Source of the DNA: Macrostomum lignano
Taxonomy: Eukaryota
Reading direction: 5' to 3'
Assembly: GCA_002269645.1 (NCBI GenBank)
Contig: NIVC01001689.1
Location: 124,001 to 188,000 of the forward strand
DNA length: 64,000 nt
Below the pieces are notes generated by a model. That model was not told where the DNA came from. It saw only the letters and a list, made by a program, of their open reading frames with translations, and did not search any database. Below, one piece after another: positions 47,106 through 60,989 of this stretch; positions within the stretch are counted from its first letter, which is position 1, and every line of letters begins with the position of its first letter. The translations under genes and the position numbers were made by a program.

Positions 47106-49424
47106 TGAGACATAAAGCTATGCTGGAGCATGAACTCAGCTCAGTTTGATAATTGGATCGCTCCGCATGGCAACCAATTCAACTTCAATCTGTCCAGAAT
47201 CCGTAAAGTGCAGCAGCCACTGCCGACACCTCGAGGGCGTTAATAAAAAGCGGTTTTTATTGTTGACAATAAAAGGCCGGGGATATCGGTGTCTTGGGAA
47301 ATCTGGGGGAGCGCGCAGGGGGGGAGGGGTTGATCTGTCGGCATGGGGCAGAATCCGCTTCAAAGGCTTTTATATTGACCCTGCACTGACAACTGCAGAC
47401 AGGTGGGGAGGCCCGACAGCAAACAGTGTAGAGGAGGTCCTATCAGCCTTGGCAAACAGGAGGTACAGGGCGGCTCGTATGCGCAATGGAGGAAATGTTT
47501 TGTGGAAAAACAAGCTTAGCTCCAATATTCATATATTTATTCGAGAATGACCACTCAACACATAAGCCGGCAGCCCCAAAAGCCGCGGTTTGAAAGGGAA
47601 GTTCTTTGTTGGACAAAAAGGAGGCCCTGGCATTATGTCGGAGTCTGTTTGCACAGTTCCGCGACAGCGAAAAAATAAATGGAATGGCAAATGGGAGAAG
47701 ACCGGGAGCTGTGCTCAGATCTGACAGGATCAGAGCTGCATCTCTACCTTCACTCGTAGCAGCTCAAAGACGAAGACAAAAAAGTCTTCAAGCGCAGTGA
47801 GCCATCTTCATCTGGGAACGGAGGTGAGGAATATCATAATACAGAAAACTTGCGCGCGGCAAAGTGAAGCGACTTGGAATAATCGAATTTCTGCTCTCGA
47901 CCGCGAGAGCCGCCGCCTCTGGCGACGCACAAAGGGCGGGCGGTGGCTGCGGTGGCGGCGAGGCGCGCGGAGGGCACAAAGGAGGAAGAGCAGGGAGCTG
48001 TTGCTCTGTGATGAGGCTGACCCGGCTCTGCTTTTGCTGCCTTTGGTTGCTCGCCCCAGCCTCCAGCTCGCGAGTGACTGATGAGGAATAACTTGTCAGG
48101 CATTGCCGCTTCCCTTTCAGATGAGGAGCGGCCCGGAGTTTGACAAAGTCGTTTGCCATTCTCGGCTTTGAGATGGCGCTCAGAAACTGACGGGGGAGCG
48201 GCGCTTTTCTAGGAAATTAATTCGGCCAGCGGGGAGGGGGTTCGTGCTCTTCCGTTGGGTCTCTGACAATGGGAGCCTACCGTGAGCCTACCAACGCTGT
48301 CTATGGTGCTTCAACGCAATTGAGAGGCTTTTAGGTGAAAGTTCACGTGCCGCGACCCCTGAGCACGCTCATGCAAGGTGTAAAACAGCCCTGACTTCTC
48401 ATTGTCAGTATCTAACAGTGACTGCTTTGAGAGGAGCTGCGTACTAACCACAGCCGGCTTCGCTTAACCCTCTGGCCAAGCGACACGGAATTCAAAGTTC
48501 TAATAGCTATTCAAAATCCCACTGAAGTTGATGTGTTCGCATTTCATCCCAATTTCCTAATCGAAGGGCATCCCGATCCCCAGTTGTCATTTCTTAATTG
48601 GAATGGACCTCCGGGTCTGTCAGCTGCAAGGTCGTCGCCCGCCCGCCAGTTCAAGGATCGCCTGGCGTGTCCTGTGCAGCACTTCAAAGGCGAGCAGGAC
48701 CTGCATTCGCAGCTTTGAATCTCAAGGACAAAGACGGTTGGGCGAGGGCGAGAAACTCCCGGCTGATTGGAAAGCCTGTTTCGCCTCGGGCTGGGGGGAT
48801 GGTAGCCCTGCAGTCTGTCTGGGGGGGGGGGGCTTTTTGGGAGTCCATATTGTTGAGGACATCATCCTCCCAGCCCATCCATATAGAGAGTGCTACAAGA
48901 GATCCTCAAAGCTGCCTGAGACCCCGGGGGCAGCGGATCTCGCTGCAAGGAGATGCTGCAGGGAGTGGAGGTTGTGGGGAGAAAAGAGGATGGGGAAAAA
49001 GGGGAAATTTTCCTATGAAATTTTCTAGCAATGCAGCTTTTGAACCGCTTCTTCCCTGCTCTCCATGGACTTCCCGTTCTATGCGGGAGCGCTGCGGTGC
49101 CACTCGAATTGCAGGTGGCTCACAGGTGTGGGTTACAGGCTCTCAGTTCCAGTGCTCGGATAAGTTTACTGCCGGGGAGCCACCGCCTACACGCCAGCAG
49201 CAAAGCGCTTTAGAACGAATTTCTGGGGCAATGCAATGTAGCAAAATGCTCGGCTTTTCGGGTGGGCAAACTCTCTGCTTCTACTATAGCAACTGGGCAC
49301 CACGCCAGACCGTGCGGTGCCCGTGGATACATGAGCCAGCGGACCGGAAATCAAGCTGCTGAGGCTTCTATGCATCTGCCTTGACAGAGGAGAACAGAAA
49401 GAGGCTGTGGGAGCGAGTGAAGGC

Positions 49425-50270
49425 AATCGGAGAGTGAAGGGAGAGTGAAGGGAGAGTAGAGGGAGAGTGGAGGGAGAGAGGAGGGAGAGTCGAGGGAGAA
49501 TGGAGGGAGAGTGAAGGTAGAGTAGAGGGAGAGTGGAGGGAGAGTAGAGGGAGAGTGGAGGGAGAGTAGAGGGAGAGTGGAGGGAGAGTAGAGGGAGAGT
49601 GGAGGGAGAGTAGAGAGTGGAGGGAGAGTGGAGAGAGAGTGGAGGGAGAGTAGAGGGAGAGTGGAGGGAGAGTGGAGGGAGAGTGGAGAGTGGAGGGAGA
49701 GTGGAGAGAGAGTGGAGGGAGAGTAGAGGGAGAGTGGAGGGAGAGTAGAGGGAGAGTGGAGGGAGAGTAGAGGGAGAGTGGAGGGAGAGTGGAGAGTGGA
49801 GGGAGAGTGGAGAGAGAGTGGAGGGAGAGTAGAGGGAGAGTGGAGGGAGAGTAGAGGGAGAGTAGAGGGAGAGTAGAGGGAGAGTGGAGGGAGAGTAGAG
49901 GGAGAGTAGAGGGAGAGTAGAGGGAGAGTGGAGGGAGAGTAGAGGGAGAGTGGAGGGAGAGTGGAGAGTGGAGGGAGAGTGGAGGGAGAGTGGAGAGTGG
50001 AGGGAGAGTGGAGAGAGAGTGGAGGGAGAGTAGAGGGAGAGTGGAGGGAGAGTGGAGAGTGGAGGGAGAGTGGAGGGAGAGTGGAGAGTGGAGGGAGAGT
50101 GGAGGGAGAGTGGAGGGAGAGTAGAGGGAAAGTGGAGAGTGGAGGGAGAGTGGAGGGAGAGTGGAGGGAGAGTAGAGGGAAAGTGGAGAGTGGAGGGAGA
50201 GTGGAGGGAGAGTGGAGGGAGAGTGGAGGGAGAGTGGAGGGAGAGTGGAGGGAGAGGAAGGAGAGCTGGA
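49425..50270. repeat. 11-bp purine array (GGAGGGAGAGT) with 7-bp variants
   Basis: Visible period. Confidence 0.95.
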
Positions 50271-51469
50271 GAGGACTCAAGGACAGCAGTATGTTTATAC
50301 AAAGTTCGGTAGCAACCCGGAGCTACTGCACGAACTCGGTTGCCATGCGCCCACATGCTTCAAAATTCCACGAGGCGATGGGATTTATCCGTGTCATCAA
50401 GGTAGGCCAGGGGCTTAACAGAGTTTTTTATAACTTTATAATTTTGATTGACACGTCAATTGAGTCGTCGCTTGGGCCAACCGACCCGAGGAGAGTTTGC
50501 CAGTTTCTTGAAAGAAAAATACACTTTCTCTCTCGCTCACCCCCCCCCCGACTGACTTTCGCACAGGATTGATTGAAGCAGGCAGTGGGCGTGGCCGGCC
50601 CCCGGGGGCAGCGCAAACAGAAATCCCTCGCCCATTGTTAAATACTCAGCAACCGGACATTGATTTCTGTGCAATTGAGCTGAGTTAAACAAAATAAGCT
50701 CTCTTGATATTTACCTTGTTCGAAGGGACTCAGGCGGAGCACAGCGAGCGAGCAGTCAATCAAATTCTTGGGAGAAAGCCGAGAGCCGCTCAGGAGGTAT
50801 TTATCATTTGAGCAGGGATAAGAGGCAGTTGGGGATAATTAAATTGCAGGGAAGATGGACTGACACGCGGAGTCTTTCGAAATTAGGACGCGACGGGATG
50901 TCCGGAAGGAAGCGACACGATGGATGGGAAAAAGGGGAAGATAAAAAAAGCAAATGGGAGGGTGAGACAGGAGTCTGGGAGAGCGCTGCTTCTTCTTCTT
51001 CTTCGAGTAGCAAAGCAGACTTCCAACTTCTGCTGCTTGAAACCCTGCGTTTTCTGTCTGTCTCTCTCCCCTCTCTCAGGCATAAGGAGTTTACAACTGA
51101 GGGTCTCAGCCAATGGGAGGCCGGAGAGTTGCATGGTCGGTTCTGATTGGCCAGGCAAAATGGTGTCAGAGAATCGCGAAGCTCCATGCTGGGACCGTGA
51201 GAAACGCCGGGCACTTCTCCCTCCTGCTTTTTAGTCTTCGGGTTGGTTGGCGTTGAGCCCTGAAATTTAATCAAATTAGACAGAAAAGGAATTGAACGCA
51301 TAGCCGGCGGTGCGAGGGTCTCAGCTGACTTTCTCTTCTGACCACTTAGGGAGTCACCAATTCATTGTGTTGGACATACGAGCCTATTGCTGAGTACAAG
51401 AGCGCGAATGTGTATTTACATGTGCGCAACATGAACAAAATAAAACTCGAATGGCAGACTGAGGTAGCG

Positions 51470-51915
51470 AAGATGGAGATGGAGATAGAGATGGAGATTG
51501 GAGATGGAGATGGAGATGGAGATTGGAGATGGAGATGGAGATGGAGATGGAGATGGAGATGGAGATGGAGATGGAGAGGGATATGGAGGAGAGGGAGATG
51601 AAGAGGGAGATGGGGAGGGAGATGGAGAGCGAGATGGAGAGGGATATGGAGGAGAGGGAGATGAAGAGGGAGATGGGGAGGGAGATGGAGAGCGAGATGG
51701 AGAGGGATATGGAGGAGAGGGAGATGAAGAGGGAGATGGGGAGGGAGATGGAGAGCGAGATGGAGAGGGATATGGAGGAGAGGGAGATGAAGAGGGAGAT
51801 GGGGAGGGAGATGGAGATGGAGGAGAGGGAGAGACAGAGAGAGGGGTATACAGAGATGGAATTGGAAACGGGAAGCAGAGAGACAGGAGAATAAGGGAGG
51901 GTAGGGAGATGAAGA
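51470..51915. repeat. (GGAGAT)n seed plus 63-bp higher-order purine repeat
   Basis: Hexamer run, then ~3.7 copies of a 63-bp unit (21-codon periodicity in the ORF track). Confidence 0.92.
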
Positions 51916-52319
51916 GAGGTAGACATAGGTGGCAGGTGAAGCAGAAGTGTCTTCAGTAAGGCTCTGATAGCAGAAATTCGAATCAAAGTGGCCCAAGGCG
52001 GCAGGCAGCGAGGTCACTCCTGCATCATTGCACAGCATTAGCAGTATAGAATTACCAGCTCAGATGAAAGCAAACCGAAAACTAATACCAACATTAGTAA
52101 GCATAGCAACAGCATAGCAACCAACACTGCTCAAGGTTAGTTCTCTGCTGATCTGGCGAAACGAATTTAAGTCCCTTCCTGCCATCGCATCCGCCATCCG
52201 CGCCAATCTCCAGCTGCCCCTCGGGACCGCAGAGCTCGCAGTTGAAATCCGCCAGCTCCTGCCGGGGCTGTGGAGAACCGGACAGGACATCTGGAGCGGG
52301 CACGTGAAGTAGAGCAAAC

Positions 52320-53215
52320 GTGTGAATCATGTAATAATGTGAATCATGTACACATGTGTAATCATGTAAACATGTGAATCATGTAATAATGTGAATCATG
52401 TAAACATGTGAAGCATGTAAAACATGTGAATCATGTAATAATGTGAATCATGTAATAATGTAAATCGTGTAAACATGTGAATCATGTAAACATGTGAATC
52501 ATGTAATAATGTGAATCATGTAATAATGTGAATCATGTAAACATGTGAATCATGTAATAATGTGAATCATGTAATAATGTGAATAATGTAAACATGTGAA
52601 TCATGTAAACATGTGAATCATGTAAACATGTGAATCATGTAAACATGTGAATCATGTAAACATGTGAATCATGTAATAATGTGAATCATGTAAAAATGTG
52701 AAGCATGTAAAACATGTGAATCATGTAAACATGTGAATCATGTAATAATGTAAATCATGTAAACATGTGAAGCATGTAAAACATGTGAATCAATAGATAT
52801 GTGAATTGTGTAAACATGCGAATTATGTAAATATGTGAATCATGTAAACATGTGAATCCTGCAAAAATGTGGATCATGTAAAACATGTGAATCATGTAAT
52901 CCTGTGAATCAATAGATATGTGAATTGTGTAAACATGCAAATTATGTAAATATGTGAATCATGTAAACATGTGAATCCTGCAAAAATGTGGATCATGTAA
53001 AACATGTGAATCATGTAATCCTGTGAATCAATAGTTATGTGAATTGTGTAAACATGCAAATTATGTAAATATGTGAATCATGTAAACATGTGAATCCTGC
53101 AAAAATGTGGATCATGTAAAACATGTGAATCCTGCAAAAATGTGGATCATGTAAAACATGTGAATCATGTAATCGTGTGAATCAAGCGATATGTGAGTCG
53201 TGTAAACATGTGAAT
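52320..53215. repeat. 17-bp AT-rich array grading into a ~120-bp higher-order unit
   Basis: CATGTGAATCATGTAAA / AATGTGAATCATGTAAT; ~120-bp blocks start near 52790, 52910 and 53030. Confidence 0.92.
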
Positions 53216-53574
53216 AAATAAATTAACTTGGAAATTTGAATTATACGAATTATACGTAGATCCAGCTGGTTTCCACCAAAGCAGTTCGAGTTCGGAGCTC
53301 CATGGACTCCTGCCGCCCCCAACTCCTGCAGCGGGATAATTTCCCTCCTCAGAGACCTGCAGAGGCTGCAAACAGTCCTGCGGGGCGGCGCCAGCTCCCC
53401 TATCAGCTGCCCGCTGATTTCCCACCCGTGAATCGAATTCTCCCTAGCCATGATTCTCCCTGACTGCGAAATGAATTTCCTGTCAACTTGCTCCGCGCTT
53501 CATTTTGGTCAGTTTGATGTTCATTTGTTGAGAGCTCTCTCGCATTTAGCATGAGAAATGTTTGTTTCTTGTTC

Positions 53575-54425
53575 CATTCATGTTCCATTCATGTTCCCTT
53601 TATGTTCTATTAATGTTCCCTTTATGTTTCGTTCATGTTCCCTTTATGTTCTATTAATGTTCCCTTTATGTTCTATTAATGTTCCCTTTATGTTTCGTTC
53701 ATGTTCCATTCATGTTCCATTCATGTTCCATTCATGTTCCATTTATGTTCCGTTTATGTTTCCTTTATGTTCCATTCATGTTCCCTTTATATTCCATTTA
53801 TGTTCCATTTATGTTCCAATTATGTTCCATTCATGTTCCATTTATGTTCCGTTTATGTTTCCTTTATGTTCCGTTTATGTTTCCTTTATGTTCCTTTTAT
53901 GTTCCCTTTATATTCCATTTATGTTCCAATTATGTTCCATTCATGTTCCCTTTATGTTCTATTAATGTTCCCTTTATGTTCCACTTATGTTCTCTTTATA
54001 TTCCATTTATGTTCCAATTATGTTCCATTCATGTTCCATTCATGTTCCATTTATGTTCCGTTTATGTTTCCTTTATGTTCCATTCATGTTCCCTTTATGT
54101 TCTATTTATGTTCCCTTTATATTCCATTTATGTTCCATTTATGTTCCAATTATGTTCCATTCATGTTCCATTTATGTTCCGTTTATGTTTCCTTTATGTT
54201 CCGTTTATGTTTCCTTTATGTTCCTTTTATGTTCCAATTATGTTCCATTCATGTTCCCTTTATGTTCTATTAATGTTCCCTTTATGTTCCATTTATGTTC
54301 CCTTTATATTCCATTTATGTTCCAATTATGTTCCATTCATGTTCCATTTATGTTCCGTTTATGTTTCCTTTATGTTCCATTCATGTTCCATTTATGTTCC
54401 GTTTATGTTTCCTTTATGTTCAATC
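53575..54425. repeat. 11-bp T-rich array (GTTCCATTTAT variants)
   Basis: Visible period. Confidence 0.95.
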
Positions 54426-54967
54426 ATGCTGAAGTTTCATTAATTTTCTATTTAAGATTACAAAAAGAGTGCAATAGCATTTTCTCATGTTCAATCATGC
54501 TTTTCAATGTTGTTTTTTTCTTCGCAAACAATTATTCGTGCCTAAGCCCTCAGCAGACAGCCGGGCAACCGTATCAATCAATGTTGCGGCTCGCAGCGCT
54601 TACAAAAAAAATAGTTTTAGCAAATTGGCATCGGCAGGAATTGCGGCGCACTTCACCGGCCAAATGTTGCAGCGCTGGCGGCCCGGCTCCCAGCCTCCGG
54701 AGACTGTCCTGAGGCAATTAGCACCCGGGGCGGAGCCAGTTGCATTCTGGGGAGCTACCGGGCGCCGTGGCAGCAGCAGCTGACGCGCCAGCATCCAGCT
54801 CCATCAACGGGTCGGCAGCTCCTCGCCTATCCTCCCCCCACTTGTCTTTCAAGCGGACACATGCCGGTTTCCCAGAAGTTCCTCAGACAGCAACCTTCGG
54901 CTAAGCAGCTCCTCCATCAGCCCGGATCACTGCTGCATGTTTCTGGTTTAGTCATGGTACAAATTAT

Positions 54968-56228
54968 TTGACAGGGTGTGTGACATGGTGTGTGACAGGG
55001 TGTGTGACATGGTGTGTGACAGGGTGTGTGACAGGGTGTGTGACAGAGTGTGACAGGGTGTGTGACAGGGTGTGTGACAGGGTGTGTGACAGGGTGTGTG
55101 ACATGGTGTGTGACAGGGTGTGTGACATGCTGTGTGACAGGGTGTGTGACAGGGTGTGTGACAGGGTGTGTGACAGGGTGTGTGACATGGTGTGTGACAG
55201 GGCGTGTGACAGGGTGTGTGACATGGTGTGTGACAGGGTGTGTGACAGGGTGTGTGACAGGGTGTGTGACAGGGTGTGTGACAGGGTGTGTGACAGGGTG
55301 TGTGACATGGTGTGTTACATGGTGTGTGACATGGTGTGTGACAGGGCGTGTGACAGGGTGTGTGACATGGTGTGTGACATGGTGTGTGACAGGGTGTGTG
55401 ACATGGTGTGTGACAGGGTGGTGACATGGTGTGTGACAGGGTGTGTGACAGGGTGTGTGATAGGGCGTGTGACAGGGTGTGTGACAGGGCGTGTGACAGG
55501 GTGTGTGACATAATGTGTGACATGGTGTGTGACAGGGTGTGTGACAGGGTGTGTGACAGGGTGTGTGACAGTGTGTGTGACAGGGTGTGACATGGTGTGT
55601 GACAGGGTGTGTGACAGGGTGTGTGACATGCTGTGTGACAGGGTGTGTGACAGGGTGTGTGACATGGTGTGTGACAGGGTGTGTGACAGGGTGTGTGACA
55701 GGGTGTGTGACAGTGTGTGTGACAGGGCGTGTGACAGGGTGTGTGACATGGTGTGTGACAGGGTGTGTGACAGGGTGTGTGACAGGGTGTGTGACAGGGT
55801 GTGTGACAGGGTGTGTGACAGGGTGTGTGACATGGTGTGTTACATGGTGTGTGACATGGTGTGTGACAGGGCGTGTGACAGGGTGTGTGACATGGTGTGT
55901 GACATGGTGTGTGACAGGGTGTGTGACATGGTGTGTGACAGGGTGGTGACATGGTGTGTGACAGGGTGTGTGACAGGGTGTGTGATAGGGCGTGTGACAG
56001 GGTGTGTGACAGGGCGTGTGACAGGGTGTGTGACATAATGTGTGACATGGTGTGTGACAGGGTGTGTGACAGGGTGTGTGACAGGGTGTGTGACAGTGTG
56101 TGTGACAGGGTGTGTGACATGGTGTGTGACAGGGTGTGTGACAGGGTGTGTGACAGGGTGTGTGACAGTGTGTGTGACAGGGTGTGTGACATGGTGTGTG
56201 ACAGGGTGTGTGACAGGGCGTGTGATAG
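54968..56228. repeat. 12-bp array (GTGTGTGACAGG)n with an internal ~525-bp duplication
   Basis: The rare junction CAGGGTGGTGAC and identical ORF ends recur 525 nt apart. Confidence 0.95.
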
Positions 56229-56244
56229 CGTTAGGGACAGGGAA

Positions 56245-57745
56245 AGTATGTGGGATGAGAGATGTGAGATGAGAAAGGGTGTGAGATTGGAAAATGTGTA
56301 GGATGGGAAAGGGTGTGGGAAGGGAAAGGGTGTGGGAACTTGGGAAGGGAAAGGGTGTGGGAAGGGAAAGGGTGTGGGATGGGAAAGGGTGTGGGATGGA
56401 AAGGGTGTGAGATGGGAAAGGGTGTGGGATGGAAAGGGTGTGGGATGGGAAAGGGTGTGGGATGGGAAAGGGTGTGGGAAAGGAAAGGGTGTGGGATGGG
56501 AAAGGGTGTGGGATGGGAAAGGGTGTGGGATGGGAAAGGGTGTGGGATGGGAAAGGGTGTGGGAAAGGAAAGGGTGTGGGATGGGAAAGGGTGTGGGATG
56601 GGAAAGGGTGTGAGATGGGAAAGGGTGTGAGATGGGAAAGGGTGTGGGATGGAAAGGGTGTGGGATGGAAAGGGTGTGGGATGGGAAAGGGTGTGGGATG
56701 GAAAGGGTGTGGGATGGGAAAGGGTGTGGGATGGGAAAGGGTGTGGGAAAGGAAAGGGTGTGGGATGGGAAAGGGTGTGGGATGGGAAAGGGTGTGAGAT
56801 GGGAAAGGGTGTGAGATGGGAAAGGGTGTGGGATGGAAAGGGTGTGAGATGGGAAAGGGTGTGGGATGGAAAGGGTGTGGGATGGGAAAGGGTGTGGGAT
56901 GGAAAGGGTGTGAGATGGGAAAGGGTGTGGGATGGAAAGGGTGTGGGATGGAAAGGGTGTGAGATGGGAAAGGGTGTGGGATGGAAAGGGTGTGAGATGG
57001 GAAAGGGTGTGGGATGGAAAGGGTGTGGGAAGGGAAAGGGTGTGGGATGGGAAAGGGTGTGGGATGGAAAGGGTGTGGGATGGGAAAGGGTGTGGGAAGG
57101 GAAAGGGTGTGGGATGGGAAAGGGTGTGGGATTGGAAACGGTGTGGGATGGAAAGGGTGTGGGATGGGAAAGGGTGTGGGATGGGAAAGGGTGTGAGATG
57201 GGAAAGGGTGTGGGAAGGGAAAGGGTGTGGGAAGGGAAAGGGTGTGGGATGGGAAACGGTGTGGGATGGAAAGGGTGTGGGATGGAAAGGGTGTGAGATG
57301 GGAAAGGGTGTGAGATGGGAAAGGGTGTGAGATGGGAAAGGGTGTGGGAAGGGAAAGGGTGTGGGAACTTGGGAAGGGAAAGGGTGTGGGATGGGAAAGG
57401 GTGTGGGAAGGGAAAGGGTGTGGGAAGGGAAAGGGTGTGGGAAGGGAAAGGGTGTGGGAAGGGAAAGGGTGTGGGATGGGAAAGGGTGTGGGATGGGAAA
57501 GGGTGTGGGATGGGAAAGGGTGTGGGATGGGAAAGGGTGTGGGATGGAAAGGGTGTGGGATGGAAAGGGTGTGGGATGGAAAGGGTGTGGGATGGGAAAG
57601 GGTGTGGGATGGAAAGGGTGTGGGATGGGAAAGGGTGTGAGATGGGAAAGGGTGTGGGATGGGAAAGGGTGTGAGATGGGAAAGGGTGTGAGATGGGAAA
57701 GGGTGTGAGATGGAAAGGGTGTGAGATGGGAAAGGGTGTGGGATA
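56245..57745. repeat. 16/17-bp G-rich array (GGGAAAGGGTGTGGGAT)n
   Basis: Directly abuts the 12-bp array. Confidence 0.96.
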
Positions 57746-58372
57746 CAGGATGAGACGAATAATAGGAGGTGGTGACACACAGGCGTTAAAGATGTGAAAA
57801 GCAAAAATACCATTAAGAGCGGCTTCCCCCAAGGCAGTCAGAGTGACAGGAAGAGCAGCATCTGATGTTCTTCGAAATGCCGAATTTTTGCCAGCCGCGG
57901 CAGCAGCAGCAAGTGTTGCCGCAAACTTCATTTCCTTTCAGAGGTCAGGCGGGTGGGAGGGCGGAGCCCGGGAGGCCCCGGCGGCCTGTGAAAGCCGAGA
58001 GCGGCTGTGCCGCCGCAACGGGGGATGCACGGCCGAAAAATCCTGTAATTTTCTGCCTCTTCATCTCGCCCAGATTCCTTTTGAATTGTGGCCATTTTTC
58101 TGCTGTCTTCGGCTCCGGGGGTGGCGGCCCGTCTCTGGACAAACAAGTGCAGTTGGTTCTTTTGGCTGCGCAAACTTTGCCGGAGATGAATTCGGAAAAG
58201 ACTGGCTGCGGGGGTCAGCTGCGACTTTTGCCCCCCCGCCGCCAGCCTCATGCAGTGTCGCCAAAGTTTTTGGGGATAAATGGGAGTTTTTGCTTTTTAG
58301 CTGAGATCCAAATTGCTTGGAATTAGTGGGTGAACTTCCCCACTCTTGGCGCGATCGCTATTCCAGTATGAG

Positions 58373-58442
<70 letters not shown>

Positions 58443-58445
58443 CTA

Positions 58446-58514
<69 letters not shown>

Positions 58515-58521
58515 TACAGAA

Positions 58522-58568
<47 letters not shown>

Positions 58569-58589
58569 GACAGACAGACAGACAGACAG
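58373..58589. repeat. (CAGA)n microsatellite
   Basis: Few interruptions. Confidence 0.97.
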
Positions 58590-59389
58590 GCTGTCAGAGG
58601 GACAGCAGAAGCCATTCTAATCAGTCAAATCATCGCAGAGAAATTTGATTGAACTGCCGCAACTCTCGCCACCAGCGCCGTCCCCCTGACAACATGTTGA
58701 ATTTCCCCGCCTACAACAGCGGGCAGCTGGAAGAAGATTGGCATCTGCAGCTGGCGCAGCAGCAGCTCTGAGATCTGAGAGGCGCGGCAGAATTAACAGG
58801 TGAACAACCAACCCCCAGCCTCCGCCTGCCTGCCGCAGTTGATGGCGCAAGTCTGATAGCGGCAGAACGGCCGGCAATCAGGCAAAATGCAGCCGCAAAT
58901 TTGTGCCAAGCCTGACTGACCCCGGCAGCTCGATCAGTTTATGCACCTGAAATTTCGATTGCTTTGGACTTTTGCTTTCTGAACCGGCCCCCCCCCCCCC
59001 CAGGCTGGAGTTGCTGCTGATCGATGAATCGACGGGCAGTTTTTGGTTCTTTCAGAAGCAGGGTAAAGTGCTTCATCGTGCGGATGCTGCATGTTTGGCA
59101 GCGCTGGAGGAGCGAGTCTAAGCGGCCATCAGGACTCTGATTTCTTATCCCAAAGCTTCCAGCAGCTCAGGTGGAGCTCAAGCAAGCGTGAGGGCCGGGG
59201 CTTCCGTTATTGATTGCCGGAGTCACGGCAACGTCCTCAGGTGGGCTCTCAGGTGGCGGGAGCTCTGGTTGAGAAAGTTTTTGGGGGGATCGGAGAGGGA
59301 AAAAGCGATTTTGGGGATTGAGATGCCCAGAATTTTTTTTGGGCATTTTAGTGCTTGAGATAGGAGTGGGAGAGAACAGAACTCGGAAG

Positions 59390-60297
59390 ATGAGAGAGGA
59401 TAATGAGATATCAGAGGATAATGAAGATTAGATAGGATAATGAGATTACAGAGGATAATGAGGTATCAGAGGATAATGAGATTACAGAGGACAATGAGAT
59501 ATCAGAGGATAATGAGATTACAGAGGATATAGAGCTGAGAGGAGATAGGGAGAGGGTAGAGGTGAGGGCAGTGACCGGTAGAGGAGAGCTGAGAGGAGAT
59601 AGGGAGAGGGTAGAGGTGAGGGCAGTGACCGGTAGAGGAGAGCTGAGGTGAAAGGAACACAGAGATACAGGTAGAGGAGAGCTGAGGTGAAAAGAACACA
59701 GAGATACAGGTAGAGGAGAGCTGAGGTGAAAGGAACACAGAGATACAGGTAGAGGAGAGCTGAGGTGAAAGGAACACAGAGATACAGGTAGAGGAGAGCT
59801 GAGGTGAAAGGAACACAGAGATACAGGTAGAGGAGAGCTGAGGTGAAAGGAACACAGAGATACAGGTAGAGGAGAGCTGAGGTGAAAAGAACACAGAGAT
59901 ACAGGTAGAGGAGAGCTGAGGTGAAAGGAACACAGAGATGCAGGTAGAGGAGAGCTGAGGTGAAAAGAACACAGAGATGCAGGTAGAGGAGAGATGAGGT
60001 GAAAGGAACACAGAGATGCAGGTAGAGGAGAGCTGAGGTGAAAGGAACACAGAGATGCAGGTAGAGGAGAGCTGAGGTGAAAGGAACACAGAGATGCAGG
60101 TAGAGGAGAGCTGAGGTGAAAGGAACACAGAGATACAGGTAGAGGAGAGCTGAGGTGAAAAGAACACAGAGATACAGGTAGAGGAGAGCTGAGGTGAAAG
60201 GAACACAGAGATGCAGGTAGAGGAGAGCTGAGGTGAAAGGAACACGGAGATGCAGGTAGAGGAGAGCTGAGGTGAAAGGAACACGGAGATGCAGAGA
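59390..60297. repeat. Composite array: 18-bp, then 54-bp, then 39-bp units
   Basis: GAGGATAATGAGATTACA; a 54-bp doublet at 59531/59585; GAGGAGAGCTGAGGTGAAAGGAACACAGAGATACAGGTA x ~17. Confidence 0.93.
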
Positions 60298-60989
60298 CAA
60301 AAGGATGCGAAGCCGAATCGAACTCAGCTCTGAGGCGAACGGAAGAAGAGCAAAGCCAAGAAGAAGGTGGCCAGAGGCTCTGTGGGGACTGGCAGTTCTG
60401 GCTTTCACTTTCCCCTCCCTCTCTTTATTTCCCACGAGGTATTTTGCAACCGATCGCAAATGAAAGAAGTTGATGGAAATTGAAAGTTGCAGGGGCCGCC
60501 CGACCCAGCCGGTTTTCCCATCTCTGGGGCTGAAAAGGAGGCAGAGGCAGAGGCAGGAAGCCGCGGTCTAATTGTGCCTTGAGAAATTCTAAGCTCCGAG
60601 ATTTGAGAGGATTAAGGCGATGGAGGGGGGAAGCTGAGGAGTGAGTCTGCGACCGCAGGAAGTGCTTGAAGTGGGCAGCGGCGAGAGGCGCCGGGGCGGC
60701 AGCGGCACGCACAGGGGAATCAAAAGTTGTCGGTACTTCCGTGAGCGAGGGCAAAGTTCCCCACGGCTGCCCTTCTCTCTTTACTCCCAGCCCGTCGATC
60801 CCTTAGCATGACCGCCGGCAGAAAGGCTACTCCGTCTCTGTTAAGTGCTGACTGGCAGCCCGCGGTGTAATGGAGTGTGTTTCAAATGTGTCAGATGTGA
60901 GCTTTTTGATCCTCTTTTCCGTCATTTAAACTGCGGTTTCTATGAGGTCATGGCTATTGAGAAACTGGATTTCAGAATTTCTTAACTGC

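Noticed and set aside
47788-49362. Cluster of overlapping 60-254 aa ORFs in GC-rich DNA
   Set aside because: ORFs in many frames on both strands with no homology cue; expected by chance at this GC content.
53558-57931. ORFs up to 657 aa (CHTP, SHTL, HPFPSHTL, Cys/His-rich)
   Set aside because: They look metal-binding or mucin-like but are open in several frames on both strands, as expected for perfect non-coding repeats.
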